The notes beneath the pieces are model-generated. The model worked only from the letters and a program-made list of their open reading frames with translations. It made no database searches and had not been told where the DNA came from. The position numbers and the translations under genes were made by a program. Of a DNA stretch of 64,000 bases, positions 43,833 to 54,009 are shown one piece after another. This DNA comes from Candidatus Magasanikbacteria bacterium RIFCSPLOWO2_12_FULL_43_12 (GTDB lineage: Bacteria; Patescibacteriota; Patescibacteriia; Magasanikbacterales; UBA922). Numbering within the stretch: position 1 is the stretch's first letter; every line of letters starts with the position of its first letter. The stretch spans positions 309-64,308 of the forward strand of contig MFQN01000019.1 in NCBI GenBank assembly GCA_001783065.1, read 5' to 3'.

Positions 43833-45617
43833 GTGCTGTTCAGAAATAATAAAATTTTAAACCTTTTGCGTTTGTTGCGCCGCGCGTTTGGCGATTATAA
43901 GAGACAGATAGTTTTTCTGTCCGTTTTTGGTTTTTTTGGCGGCGTTTTGGAGGGGGTGGGCATAAACGCGATAATTCCTTTATTTTCCTTTTTAGGCAAA
44001 TCTTCTTCGCCGCAAGTGGATATTATTTCACAAGCGATCCAAGGTTTTTTTCGTTTTTTTCATCTGCCGTATAGCCTAAAATCAATTCTAATCTTCATTA
44101 TCGTGATATTTTTGTCCAAAGCGGTCTTGCTGTTTTTAGCTAAATTTATTTCCGCCCGAATTATTGCTGATTATCAGCGGGCAACGCGGCATAAAATTTT
44201 GCGGCTCATTCTGTTATCCGATTGGCCGAATTTGTTTAAACAGAAGGTCGGTTATTTGGATCAGATATTGATTACTGATATCAATTATAGCTCTGCCATG
44301 TTGGCGCATATGAGCTCTGCCATTTTGATTACTGCCAATTTGATAGTTTATAGTTTTGTGGCTGTCAACATTTCACCGGTTATTGCCGCGCTGGCGATGA
44401 TCTCCGGAGTTGTCATTTTGTTCTTGTTGAAGCCGCTTTTTTATCGGAATAAACTATTTTCCGAGAAGATTGCCAGCATATATAAGCAGACGGCGCACTT
44501 TATCAGTGAAAGCATAATTGGGATTAAAACCATTAAAACATCATCTTCGGAAAATTTTTTAATTGAAAAAGGGGACGATTTTTTTAATCACATTAAGAAA
44601 TTCACCGTAAAAAATGCCATCATGCAGAATTTGACTAATACGCTTTTACAGCCGGTCGGTCTTCTTTTTGTCATAGGTATTTTTGCTTTTTTTTATAAAG
44701 TTAAGGGATTCGATTTTGCTTCGTTCGCTGTGATTGTCTACGCGATTAATAAGTTATTTTCTCATATACAATTAGCCGAGACTGAAGCGCACACGTTGGC
44801 TTCGCTTACGCCGTTTGTGGTTAATGTTTTACAGTATCAGGAAGAGGCGGCGAGTCATCAGGAGATTGATACTGGAGGAAAAAAATTTAGTTTTAAGAAA
44901 GAAGTGTGTTTTAAAAATGTTGACTTTTCTTACAATTCTGGCAAAAAGACTCTTTCCAATTTAAATTTTTCAATAGAGTGCGGCCGGATGATAGGGATAA
45001 TCGGCGCGTCTGGCGCTGGCAAAACCACTCTCGTGGATTTGTTATTGCGATTGTTTAAACCCAGCGGAGGTTCAATTTGTGTTGATGGTATTGATATTAA
45101 TGAGATCGGATTGGCTGAATGGCGCGCCGGAGTTGGTTATGTTTCGCAAGATATATTTCTTTTGAATGATACGATTGAAAATAATATCCGTTTTTATAAC
45201 GAATCTATTTCCCATGAAGACGCGCTGGAAGCGGCGGAAATGGCGCAGTGCAATGAGTTTATTCAAAAATTGTCCCAGCAGTTCATGACTGTGGTTGGGG
45301 AGCGTGGCATGTCGCTTTCCGGCGGCCAGCGTCAGCGCATCGCATTAGCGAGAGTTTTGGCGCGTAAACCAAGCATTTTAGTTTTGGACGAAGCCACCAG
45401 CGCGCTAGATAACGAATCGGAAATAATGGTTCAGCGCGCGATTGAAAAGTTGCGCGGGAAAATTACGGTTTTGGTGATCGCCCATCGGTTATCTACCGTA
45501 ATGACATCCGATAAATTAGTTGTTTTGGAAAAAGGAAGGATCATTGAAGAGGGCGCGCCGTTGGATTTATTAAAGAACCGCGAATCGTATTTTTCAAAAG
45601 CATATAATTTAAAATAG
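43833..45617 (+). CDS. ABC exporter, fused transmembrane domain-nucleotide binding domain (MsbA/PglK-type lipid/lipid-linked glycan flippase candidate)
   Basis: Six N-terminal TM helices. Walker A GASGAGKTTL, signature LSGGQRQRIALARVL and Walker B ILVLDEATSALD are present. Confidence 0.85.
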   Translation: MLFRNNKILNLLRLLRRAFGDYKRQIVFLSVFGFFGGVLEGVGINAIIPLFSFLGKSSSPQVDIISQAIQGFFRFFHLPYSLKSILIFIIVIFLSKAVLLFLAKFISARIIADYQRATRHKILRLILLSDWPNLFKQKVGYLDQILITDINYSSAMLAHMSSAILITANLIVYSFVAVNISPVIAALAMISGVVILFLLKPLFYRNKLFSEKIASIYKQTAHFISESIIGIKTIKTSSSENFLIEKGDDFFNHIKKFTVKNAIMQNLTNTLLQPVGLLFVIGIFAFFYKVKGFDFASFAVIVYAINKLFSHIQLAETEAHTLASLTPFVVNVLQYQEEAASHQEIDTGGKKFSFKKEVCFKNVDFSYNSGKKTLSNLNFSIECGRMIGIIGASGAGKTTLVDLLLRLFKPSGGSICVDGIDINEIGLAEWRAGVGYVSQDIFLLNDTIENNIRFYNESISHEDALEAAEMAQCNEFIQKLSQQFMTVVGERGMSLSGGQRQRIALARVLARKPSILVLDEATSALDNESEIMVQRAIEKLRGKITVLVIAHRLSTVMTSDKLVVLEKGRIIEEGAPLDLLKNRESYFSKAYNLK

Positions 45618-45635
45618 AGTTTAAAACAAAGGTAT

Positions 45636-47072
45636 ATGCGTTTATTTGTGATTGAATGGGCAAATGGATTGCCGGAAATGGTTGATGTCATTAGGGAAAT
45701 TAAAAAAGACGGACATGAAATATCGTATTGGTCCGGTTGTAATCTTGGCCGTATACCAAAAGTTGAATTTCCCAACACAGTATTTCACGATCATTTTGAT
45801 GCTTTGGCCGGTCGGCCGGCGCCCGGCGTGGATGATTCGGAGTTCCCGCCTCCCGGTGAGGATTTGTTAGTTCAACTTGCCGATGTTGAGTCAACCACAC
45901 TGACCATGATGAACAAAAAATATCCAAGTTTATCGGTGGATGAACGAAAGCATTTTTATTATCATCTGGTAAAGTATTGGTCAGGAGTTTTAAAAAAGTT
46001 TCAGCCGGAAGCGATAATTTTTTTGGTGACTCCACATACCGTGTATAATTTTGTAATCTATTCTCTGGCCAAATTATTTGGCCTAAAAACCATAATGTTT
46101 GATGTGGTACTTATGGATGGGTATCGAATGATAGGATTGAACGACTATAAAAAAGGAAACAGCGATTTAGAAAACGCAATCGTCGGACAAGGACAAGATT
46201 ACTCGGTGTCTGACTTGGGCGCGGGAATTAGGTCGTATTATGAAAGGCAGACGAGTCAGCGAATTGATGCCACGCCGGCATATACCAGAGAATATGTCGC
46301 ATCGCGTTCCGGCCGCAATTTATTGCTTTTGAGAGTTAAAATAATTTGGAAAAGTATCGCCAATTTGTCTATTTTTAAGAAAATTTTTGATTTTGTGATG
46401 ACGGAAATTGGTTCAAACATGAAAAAAGAATATGTTCAAGTACAGACCGAACCGGGTTTCGGCAAACCATTTGTGTATCTGTCGCTTAATTACCAGCCAG
46501 AAGCCACCACCTCTCCGATGGGCGGGGTATTCGTGGATCAGCTCCTAATGATTGAAACATTGGCGGCCGCGATTCCACCCGATTGGTTGATTTATGTTAA
46601 AGAACACCCTGGTCAGTGGATAACAAATAGCAAGAGGTATTTTAGTTATCGTTATCGCGGTTACTATAAGGAGATTATCCGGTTGCCCAATGTAAGATTG
46701 ATGCCAGTGGTTACCAGTAATTATGACTTAATCAATAATGCTCGGGCGGTGGCCACGGTTACCGGAACGCCGGGATGGGAAGCATTGTTGAGATCAAAAC
46801 CGGTGTTAGTTTTCGGTTATCCTTGGTATCAGCATTGTTCGGGGGTGTTTAAGGTCAATAGCGCGGAATCATGCAAAATAGCGATTGAAAAGATTATCAA
46901 TGGTTTTAAAGTTGAAAAACAGGCGATAATAAATTTTTTATATCATTTTGGCAATTTATCATGGCCCGGGTATAATGACGAAAATACCAAAAAACTCGCG
47001 GCGATTGATAGCCGCGGAGTGAAGGACGGTTATGTAAGGTTTTTATTAGCGCAAATTAAAAAACAGGTTTAA
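45636..47072 (+). CDS. Capsule_synth (KpsC/KpsS-like) family protein, paralog of 40780-42291
   Basis: LIYVKEHPGQW...NVRLMPVVTSNYDLI...TGTPGWEALLRSKPVLVFG aligns with the other copy. Confidence 0.45.
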   Translation: MRLFVIEWANGLPEMVDVIREIKKDGHEISYWSGCNLGRIPKVEFPNTVFHDHFDALAGRPAPGVDDSEFPPPGEDLLVQLADVESTTLTMMNKKYPSLSVDERKHFYYHLVKYWSGVLKKFQPEAIIFLVTPHTVYNFVIYSLAKLFGLKTIMFDVVLMDGYRMIGLNDYKKGNSDLENAIVGQGQDYSVSDLGAGIRSYYERQTSQRIDATPAYTREYVASRSGRNLLLLRVKIIWKSIANLSIFKKIFDFVMTEIGSNMKKEYVQVQTEPGFGKPFVYLSLNYQPEATTSPMGGVFVDQLLMIETLAAAIPPDWLIYVKEHPGQWITNSKRYFSYRYRGYYKEIIRLPNVRLMPVVTSNYDLINNARAVATVTGTPGWEALLRSKPVLVFGYPWYQHCSGVFKVNSAESCKIAIEKIINGFKVEKQAIINFLYHFGNLSWPGYNDENTKKLAAIDSRGVKDGYVRFLLAQIKKQV

Positions 47073-47083
47073 TCATAATTATA

Positions 47084-47845
47084 ATGTATAAAGAACATAA
47101 GGAAAAAATTGTCGCCACCATTGAAGCGCGGATGACTTCAACGCGGTTGCCGGGCAAAGTGCTTCTGCCATTAGCGGGTAAGCCGGCGCTGGAACGATTA
47201 GTTGAACGTCTGAAGAGGAGCCTCTATATTGATGAAATCGTGGTAGCGACAACCACAAATCAGACCGATGAACCAATAGTGGAGCTTTGCGAGAGCTTGG
47301 GTGTAAAATATTTTCGCGGCAGTGAACTTGATGTTTTGAAACGGGTGTTGGGCGCGGCGGAGTCAGTGCGCGCTGATATTATCGTAGAGATTACCGGCGA
47401 TTGTCCATTGATGGATTGGCGCATAGTAGATCGCGGGATTGAGGAATTTTATTCTCAAAATGTTGATTATGCGGCTAATATGATTCCTCTGATTACTTAT
47501 CCCGTCGGGTTTGATGTGCAGGTTTTTCCGGTCCGTGTTTTAGCCGAGGTTGATAAATTAACTAGCGATCCGATAGATCGCGTGCATGTTTCCTATTATA
47601 TTTATCACCATCCTGACCGATATAAGCTGGGAAGCTGGCTGGCTCCGGCCGAAGCGAGTGGTCCGGCTATGCGGTTAACCCTTGACGAACTATCGGATTA
47701 TAAGCTGATCGATGAGATTTTTAGAAATTTATTACCAGTAGACGAAGATTTTAGCGTCGTTAAGGTTGTGGAGTTTCTTAACAAGAATAGACACTTATTA
47801 GAAATTAATAAACATGTCAAAGATAAAGACCCGCGGCAGGGTTAA
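47084..47845 (+). CDS. pseF: CMP-nonulosonate synthetase (acylneuraminate cytidylyltransferase family; PseF/NeuA-like)
   Basis: IEARMTSTRLPGKVLLPLAGKPALERLVERL is the CTP-transferase N-terminal motif. 253 aa. It lies in the pse gene neighbourhood. Confidence 0.7.
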   Translation: MYKEHKEKIVATIEARMTSTRLPGKVLLPLAGKPALERLVERLKRSLYIDEIVVATTTNQTDEPIVELCESLGVKYFRGSELDVLKRVLGAAESVRADIIVEITGDCPLMDWRIVDRGIEEFYSQNVDYAANMIPLITYPVGFDVQVFPVRVLAEVDKLTSDPIDRVHVSYYIYHHPDRYKLGSWLAPAEASGPAMRLTLDELSDYKLIDEIFRNLLPVDEDFSVVKVVEFLNKNRHLLEINKHVKDKDPRQG

Positions 47846-48806
47846 AAAATATCGGGCGGCAATTATCGGCGCTGGGCGAATCGGCAGCGGCTTTGATAAT
47901 TCACGTACGGCGGCAGTGGCTACCCATGCTCATGCTTTCAAAAATAATCCTCGCGTAGAGTTGGTTGGTTTTTTTGACATACAGCCGGAAAAAGCGCGCG
48001 CCGCCGCCAAGAAATGGTCGGTACTGGCTTATAAAAATTTAAATGATTTGTTGGCCGATAAGCCGGATCTAATCAGCATTTGCACCCCTGATGCGGATCA
48101 TTACCCCACGTTATTAAAAGTTTTATCTTCCAAGCCGCGCTTGATTATTTGCGAAAAACCATTGACCGCGAATATCAGGCAGGCCCGGCTGGTTGCCGAA
48201 AAAATTGTTAAAATGAATATACCGATTTTAGTAAATTATTCCCGCCGTTTTGATTCTACAATCCAAAAGTGCCGACTGGACATAAAGAAGAAAAAATATG
48301 GAAAGGTTATAAGCGCTGTGGGCGTTTATAATAAAGGACTGCTTCACACCGGTTCTCATCTGATAGATTTCGCCCGATATTTATTTGGCGATGTCTTGGA
48401 TTGCCAGGCGCTGAATGCGATTTTTGATTATCATCGCAACGATCCAAGTGTTGGGGGGTGGTTAAAATTAGAAGATTGCCCGAGTTTAAATTTGGTTGTT
48501 GGCGATAGCCGCTATTATGAAATTTTTGAAATGGATATACTTCTGGAAAAAGCACGACTGCGTTTTACGAATTTTGGCTCTGTTCTGGCTGTCCAAAAAA
48601 TTGCCAAAGACAAATCATATCCTGAATTTTCTGTATTAGGCAGGCCAAAAGAAACGGCCGTCAAACTGAATCGGGCGGCTGTCGGTCTGGCGGGGAATGC
48701 GGTAAATTTTTTGGACAAAAAAGTCGATTTATTATGTGCCGGGCAAGACGCTTTAAAGACGCAGATTGTCTGCGGTGATTTATTGAAAGGATTAAAAAAT
48801 AAATAA
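47814..48806 (+). CDS. Gfo/Idh/MocA-family NAD(P)-dependent oxidoreductase
   Basis: AAIIGAGRIGSGF Rossmann motif and a LISICTPDADHYP block. Confidence 0.7.
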   Translation: MSKIKTRGRVKKYRAAIIGAGRIGSGFDNSRTAAVATHAHAFKNNPRVELVGFFDIQPEKARAAAKKWSVLAYKNLNDLLADKPDLISICTPDADHYPTLLKVLSSKPRLIICEKPLTANIRQARLVAEKIVKMNIPILVNYSRRFDSTIQKCRLDIKKKKYGKVISAVGVYNKGLLHTGSHLIDFARYLFGDVLDCQALNAIFDYHRNDPSVGGWLKLEDCPSLNLVVGDSRYYEIFEMDILLEKARLRFTNFGSVLAVQKIAKDKSYPEFSVLGRPKETAVKLNRAAVGLAGNAVNFLDKKVDLLCAGQDALKTQIVCGDLLKGLKNK

Positions 48807-48807
48807 T

Positions 48808-50121
48808 ATGTCTGAATTAGCGATTTTTGGCGGCCAGCCGGTTAGAAAAAAACTTTTCCCCGCTTATCGGGTGATTGGACAAGAAGAAAAAGACGCGGTT
48901 AATCGAGTAATGGATTCGGGAATTTTATCGCGTTATTTAGGTTGCTGGCATGATGACTTTTACGGCGGCCCAGAAGTGCGCTCGCTGGAAAAAGAGTGGA
49001 GTGAGTATTTTGGGGTTAAACACGCTATGGTTGTTAATTCTTGCACCTCTGGATTAATCGCCGCCATTGGCGCTGTCGGTATTAGTTTTGGCGATGAAGT
49101 CATTGTCTCGCCATATACTATGGCGGCGTCAGCAACCGCCCCCCTGTGGTATGGCGGCATTCCGGTCTTTGCGGATATTGAACCGGAGCATTTTTGTCTT
49201 GATCCGGTATCGGTGCGCGCTAAAATAACGGAGCGCACCAAAGCGATTATTGTCGTTGATATTTTTGGCCAGCCGTACGATGCTGAAGCGATCAATGCTA
49301 TTGCCAAGGAGCATAATTTGATTGTCATTGAAGATTGCGCCCAAGCTCCGGGAGCAAAATATCGCGGACGGTTTGCCGGCACTCTGGGGGATGTCGGCGT
49401 TTTTTCTTTGAACTATCATAAACATATTCATACTGGCGAGGGCGGGATAGTAGTAACCAATAATGACAAATTAGCTGAACGGGTGCGGTTGATTTGTAAT
49501 CACGCTGAAGCGGTTGTTGAGGATAAGGGGGTGGCGGATTTAACTAATATGGTCGGCCTTAATTTTCGTTTAACGGAAATTCAAGCGGCGATCGGCCGCG
49601 AACAGCTGAAAAAACTTGATAGACTGACAAAGGAAAGAATTGATAACTGTAGTTATTTGACGGGACGGTTAAATGGTTTTCCCGGCATTCGCAGTCCGCG
49701 GGTGCGCGCCGAGTCCTCTCACGTGTATTATGTTCAGCCATTTTTATACAATGAAAATGAAGCAGGAGTGGAACGGAATAAATTTATTGCTGCCGTTAAA
49801 GCCGAATTGCCGGTGACCGAGCTCCGTGAGGCGGAAGGTCAGCAGATAAGTTGCGGCTATGCCAAACCTTTATATCTGCTGCCTTTGTTTCAAAAGAGAA
49901 TCGCTTTTGGAAATAATGGATATCCGTTTAATTCAGCCGCGGCAACAGTTTCGTATCAAAAAGGAATTTGTCCGGTTACGGAACGTTTGTATGAAAAAGA
50001 ATTGTTCCTGCATGAATTCATGCGTCCGCCCGCCACCAGAGATGATTTGGATGATGTTGTAAGAGCCTTTCAAAAAGTTTATGAATTTAAGGATGAATTA
50101 AAAAAAAATGATGAGCAATAA
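48808..50121 (+). CDS. DegT/DnrJ/EryC1/StrS-family PLP-dependent aminotransferase
   Basis: VVNSCTSGLIAAIGAVGI and FSLNYHKHIHTGEGG with Lys present. 437 aa. Confidence 0.75.
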   Translation: MSELAIFGGQPVRKKLFPAYRVIGQEEKDAVNRVMDSGILSRYLGCWHDDFYGGPEVRSLEKEWSEYFGVKHAMVVNSCTSGLIAAIGAVGISFGDEVIVSPYTMAASATAPLWYGGIPVFADIEPEHFCLDPVSVRAKITERTKAIIVVDIFGQPYDAEAINAIAKEHNLIVIEDCAQAPGAKYRGRFAGTLGDVGVFSLNYHKHIHTGEGGIVVTNNDKLAERVRLICNHAEAVVEDKGVADLTNMVGLNFRLTEIQAAIGREQLKKLDRLTKERIDNCSYLTGRLNGFPGIRSPRVRAESSHVYYVQPFLYNENEAGVERNKFIAAVKAELPVTELREAEGQQISCGYAKPLYLLPLFQKRIAFGNNGYPFNSAAATVSYQKGICPVTERLYEKELFLHEFMRPPATRDDLDDVVRAFQKVYEFKDELKKNDEQ

Positions 50122-50830
50122 TTTGGAGAAAGTTATAATTTTATCTACCATTGGCAGTGAAATCTTGCCGCTCTTATTGTCGGCCATGGAAGCTCAAGGT
50201 ATCGCTGTGGGAGCGATTGTACTGGATGGTATTATTAGCGAAAAAAACAGAGAGATCGTTTTAAAAAGAACCTGCAATTTTTTTGATTGGCCGGATTTTT
50301 TTGATATTGAGAGATTTAACCTCCCGACTTATCTGGTTAAAAATCATAATGGCGAAAACTGTTTGCATTTATTAAGATCATTGAACTCTGACTTAATAAT
50401 TAATGGCGGGACTCCTCGGATTCTGAAAAGTCCGATTTTATCATTACCGAAACGAGGAATATTGAATTGCCACCCTGGAATTTTGCCAAAATATCGCGGT
50501 TGTACCTGCGCCGAATGGGCGATTTACAATGATGATGAGGTGGGAGCCACCTGTCATTTTATGACCGATGGTATTGACGCCGGCCCGATTGTTTACAGCG
50601 AAGCAATGGCCATTCATCGAGGCGATAGTTATGAAAAAATGAGGACAAATCTGATTTTTCACATGATTAAAGTATTGGTCGAAGGGACATCAAAAGTTTT
50701 GCGGCAACACCTTTCCATTGATAAATTGCCGGAGCAAACTGGCGACGATTATTTTAGGGTTATTTCTGAAGAAAAATTACAGATTGTCAAGCAAAAATTG
50801 ATACAGCAAACTTACAAATATTTGGGATAA
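50108..50830 (+). CDS. Formyltransferase-family protein (sugar N-formyltransferase candidate)
   Basis: LNCHPGILPKYRG matches the formyltransferase H-x-x-x-L-P-x-x-R-G motif. 240 aa. Confidence 0.6.
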   Translation: MMSNNLEKVIILSTIGSEILPLLLSAMEAQGIAVGAIVLDGIISEKNREIVLKRTCNFFDWPDFFDIERFNLPTYLVKNHNGENCLHLLRSLNSDLIINGGTPRILKSPILSLPKRGILNCHPGILPKYRGCTCAEWAIYNDDEVGATCHFMTDGIDAGPIVYSEAMAIHRGDSYEKMRTNLIFHMIKVLVEGTSKVLRQHLSIDKLPEQTGDDYFRVISEEKLQIVKQKLIQQTYKYLG

Positions 50831-50840
50831 ATAAATTTTT

Positions 50841-51824
50841 TTGATTACCATGAGAAATAAAAGCAAATTTTTAGTCGTTTGTCATGACACCGGCGGAGCG
50901 GAAATAATATCCGCTTTTGTTAAGTTAAGAAAAAAGAAAAATGATTGTATCTGCTTTATCTCCGGGCCCGCGGTTAAAATTTTTCGGCGAAAGAAAATAA
51001 AGATATCTATAATTAGACCAGTGATAAACATTGAACGCGTTCTCAAAAAATATCAGCAGATGCGGCTGACAGTTCTGACTGAAGTCGGCTGGTCAACGGA
51101 TTTGGGGATCAAAACGATTTTGGCGGCAAAGAAAAAAAGCATTAAGACGGCGGCCTATCTGGATCATTGGGTGAATTACAAAGAACGTTTTGGTTTTCCT
51201 CGATCCGATTGGGTGAACAATCTGCCCGATGAAATTTGGGTCGGGGATAAGGCGGCCTATCTTTTGGCTAAGAGAACTTTTCCATGTAAAGTTGTGATCC
51301 GCTATATTCCTAATCAATATTTTAGAGAAATTGAAGCGGAATATGATAAATCCGTAAAAATTAAACCAGCGTTGAATTTATTAATTGTCAGCGAGCCCCT
51401 TGGCGAAGCGATTAATAGTTATGGTCAGAAGTTGCCCATTTTATTTAATGAATTCAAGTGGTTGGAAATTATATTATCAAACTTAGCGCGAAGTAATTTT
51501 AAAGACAAAGTGATATTACGGCTTCATCCCTCGGAAGCAATGGACAAATATGATTCTATCTTAGCGAAATATGTAGATAAAATAAGATTAGAAAAGTCGC
51601 GTAACAGCAGTATAATGAAAGATTTGATCAGAGTTGATACGGTTATAGGCGCGACAAGTATGGCGTTGGTTGTCGCCGCCATTTGCCAAAAGAAGGTTTT
51701 TAGTCTGATTTTAGACAAATTTTTGCTTTTTTTTGTACCCAAACATCCCCATATATGCAAACTGCGCGCTGAACGGGATTTATTAGATAAACTTAAATTT
51801 GTCGGTAAACATCCCGGGGCTTGA
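50841..51824 (+). CDS. GT-B-fold (MurG/PseG-like) protein; candidate UDP-sugar hydrolase PseG
   Basis: N-terminal FLVVCHDTGGAEII resembles the GT28 glycine-rich loop. It sits directly upstream of pseB/pseC. This is a weak, context-driven assignment. Confidence 0.35.
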   Translation: MITMRNKSKFLVVCHDTGGAEIISAFVKLRKKKNDCICFISGPAVKIFRRKKIKISIIRPVINIERVLKKYQQMRLTVLTEVGWSTDLGIKTILAAKKKSIKTAAYLDHWVNYKERFGFPRSDWVNNLPDEIWVGDKAAYLLAKRTFPCKVVIRYIPNQYFREIEAEYDKSVKIKPALNLLIVSEPLGEAINSYGQKLPILFNEFKWLEIILSNLARSNFKDKVILRLHPSEAMDKYDSILAKYVDKIRLEKSRNSSIMKDLIRVDTVIGATSMALVVAAICQKKVFSLILDKFLLFFVPKHPHICKLRAERDLLDKLKFVGKHPGA

Positions 51825-51838
51825 TTTTTTAACATCCA

Positions 51839-51865
51839 CTTGATATCATATTATAACGATATCAC
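51839..51865. promoter_or_regulatory. Paired palindromic GATATC half-sites (TTGATATCA-N8-CGATATCAC) upstream of pseB; candidate operator
   Basis: Two GATATC palindromes lie 16 bp apart in the 68-bp gap before pseB. Confidence 0.25.
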
Positions 51866-51892
51866 GACGGTTTTTAAATAATACCTTTTTGT

Positions 51893-52882
51893 ATGTCTCT
51901 TGATTTTTTGGGCGGTAAAACAATTTTAATCACCGGCGGCACCGGTTCATTTGGTCAGCGATGCGTTCGCATACTTTTGGGACAAAGCGCGGCCGCTAGA
52001 ATCGTGATTTTTAGTCGCGATGAGTTAAAACAATCGCAAATGCAAACTGAAATTTCAGACCCGGACGGACGGCTGCGTTTTTTTATCGGCGATATCCGCG
52101 ATGTAGATAGGTTGATTATGGCTTTGCAAGGCGTTGACTATGTTATTCATGCCGCGGCGCTTAAACAAGTGCCGGCTCTGGAATATAATCCGTTTGAGGC
52201 GGTTAAAACCAATATTATAGGCACGCAGAATGTGATTATGGCGGCGTTAAAGAATAATGTTGAAAAAATGGTTTTGGTATCTACTGATAAGGCCGCTAAT
52301 CCAGCCAATCTTTACGGAGCCACTAAATTATGCGCTGAGCGTTTGATGACCAGCGCCAATGCCTATTCAGGCAAGGGCGGGACAAAGTTTGGCGCTGTGC
52401 GTTACGGTAATGTTCTTGGCAGTCGCGGCAGTATTATTAAAATTATTGAACAACAGCGCGCTACCGGGGAGATTACTTTGACCCACGAAGATATGACACG
52501 ATTTTGGATTACGCTTGACCAGGGGGTGGAGGTAGTGATGATGGCGCTTGAAAAAATGTATGGCGGAGAAGTTTTTGTTCCCAAGTTGCCAAGCATGAAG
52601 ATTAAAGATTTTATCAGTTTATTAGCGCCGGATAGTAAAATAAAAATTGTCGGTATCAGGCCTGGAGAAAAACTGCACGAGGCATTGGTTACGCTGGAGG
52701 AGGCAAGGCACACGAAAGAATTTTCTAATCATTATGTCATTATGCCAGAGCACGATTGGTGGTTGGGTCATGATGTCTATGGTAGCGGCGTAAAAGTGGA
52801 AGAAGGATTTTATTTCGCTAGCCATAATAACGAGCAGTGGTTAGACGAAGAAGGAATGAAAAAATTACTCACTACTCTATGA
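51893..52882 (+). CDS. pseB: UDP-N-acetylglucosamine 4,6-dehydratase (inverting), PseB/FlaA1 family
   Basis: ILITGGTGSFGQRCVRILL and YGATKLCAE (YxxxK) are present. 329 aa, Polysacc_synt_2 type. Confidence 0.85.
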   Translation: MSLDFLGGKTILITGGTGSFGQRCVRILLGQSAAARIVIFSRDELKQSQMQTEISDPDGRLRFFIGDIRDVDRLIMALQGVDYVIHAAALKQVPALEYNPFEAVKTNIIGTQNVIMAALKNNVEKMVLVSTDKAANPANLYGATKLCAERLMTSANAYSGKGGTKFGAVRYGNVLGSRGSIIKIIEQQRATGEITLTHEDMTRFWITLDQGVEVVMMALEKMYGGEVFVPKLPSMKIKDFISLLAPDSKIKIVGIRPGEKLHEALVTLEEARHTKEFSNHYVIMPEHDWWLGHDVYGSGVKVEEGFYFASHNNEQWLDEEGMKKLLTTL

Positions 52883-53982
52883 TTCCGTATGGACGCCAAC
52901 ACCTTGATCAAAACGATGTTCAAGCTGTGCGAAAAGTTTTAATGTCTGATTTTTTGACGCAAGGTCCAAAAATTAAGGAATTTGAAAAAACGCTTTGTCA
53001 TTATACCGGAGCCAGATACGCGGTGGCCGCAGTCAACGGCACGGCCGCCCTGCACCTATCGTATTTAGCGGCCAATATTGGCGGCGGCGATGAGGTAATA
53101 ACCACCCCCAATACATTTGTCGCCACTACTAATATGCTGTTGGCAGTCGGCGCCAAACCGGTTTTTTGCGATATTCGGCTGGATACCTACAATATTGATG
53201 AGGGTAAAATTGAAAAGTTGATTACTTCAAAAACACGCGCTATTGTGGCGGTGCATTTCGCCGGACAGCCATGCGCCATGAGGAAAATTTTAAAGCTCGC
53301 TAAAAAGTACAAACTGATAGTGATTGAAGACGCGGCGCATGCTCTCGGCGCGGTGTGTAACGGCAAAAAAATCGGCAGCCTCAATAGCGACATGACAACT
53401 TTTAGTTTTCATCCGGTAAAATCTATCACCACCGGCGAGGGTGGCGCGGTTTTAACCGATAACCCGGATTATTATAAAAAGTTGATTTTGTTACGGAGTC
53501 ATGGGATTGAAAAGGACGCGCATGGTTTCAATGTCATGAGCCAACTGGGGTATAATTATCGTTTAACAGATATTCAAGCCGCGCTTGGCATAAGCCAGCT
53601 TAAGAAGTTGGATGCTTTCATCGCCCGCAGGAAGCGGGTGGCTAAATGGTATCAAGAAGAGCTGGGAAATGGCCGCGGTATTTTTTTACCGTCGGCAAGC
53701 GACGAAAGCGCTTGGCATATTTATGTGGTAAGAGTGAAGAATGGAAAATTGAGGATTTTACTCGCGGAGTATTTAAAAGAAAATGGAATCGCCACGAATT
53801 TTCACTATCCGGCAGTGTATGGGCAGCCGTACTATAAGGGACATGGATTTGCCAGAGTACATTTGAAAAATATGGAAGAGTATCAAAAAACATGCGTGAC
53901 CCTTCCTTGCTATCCGCAATTAACACACAGAGAAGTGAAGATAATTTCGGATAAAATTAAAGTTTTTTTGGAGAAGACGTGA
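52879..53982 (+). CDS. pseC: UDP-4-amino-4,6-dideoxy-N-acetyl-beta-L-altrosamine transaminase-like (PseC; DegT family)
   Basis: MIPYGRQHL start with ATGA overlap to pseB. TFSFHPVKSITTGEGG carries the catalytic Lys. Confidence 0.8.
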   Translation: MIPYGRQHLDQNDVQAVRKVLMSDFLTQGPKIKEFEKTLCHYTGARYAVAAVNGTAALHLSYLAANIGGGDEVITTPNTFVATTNMLLAVGAKPVFCDIRLDTYNIDEGKIEKLITSKTRAIVAVHFAGQPCAMRKILKLAKKYKLIVIEDAAHALGAVCNGKKIGSLNSDMTTFSFHPVKSITTGEGGAVLTDNPDYYKKLILLRSHGIEKDAHGFNVMSQLGYNYRLTDIQAALGISQLKKLDAFIARRKRVAKWYQEELGNGRGIFLPSASDESAWHIYVVRVKNGKLRILLAEYLKENGIATNFHYPAVYGQPYYKGHGFARVHLKNMEEYQKTCVTLPCYPQLTHREVKIISDKIKVFLEKT

Positions 53983-54009
53983 AAAAAGTATCGCGGAATT
54001 ATTTTTGCT

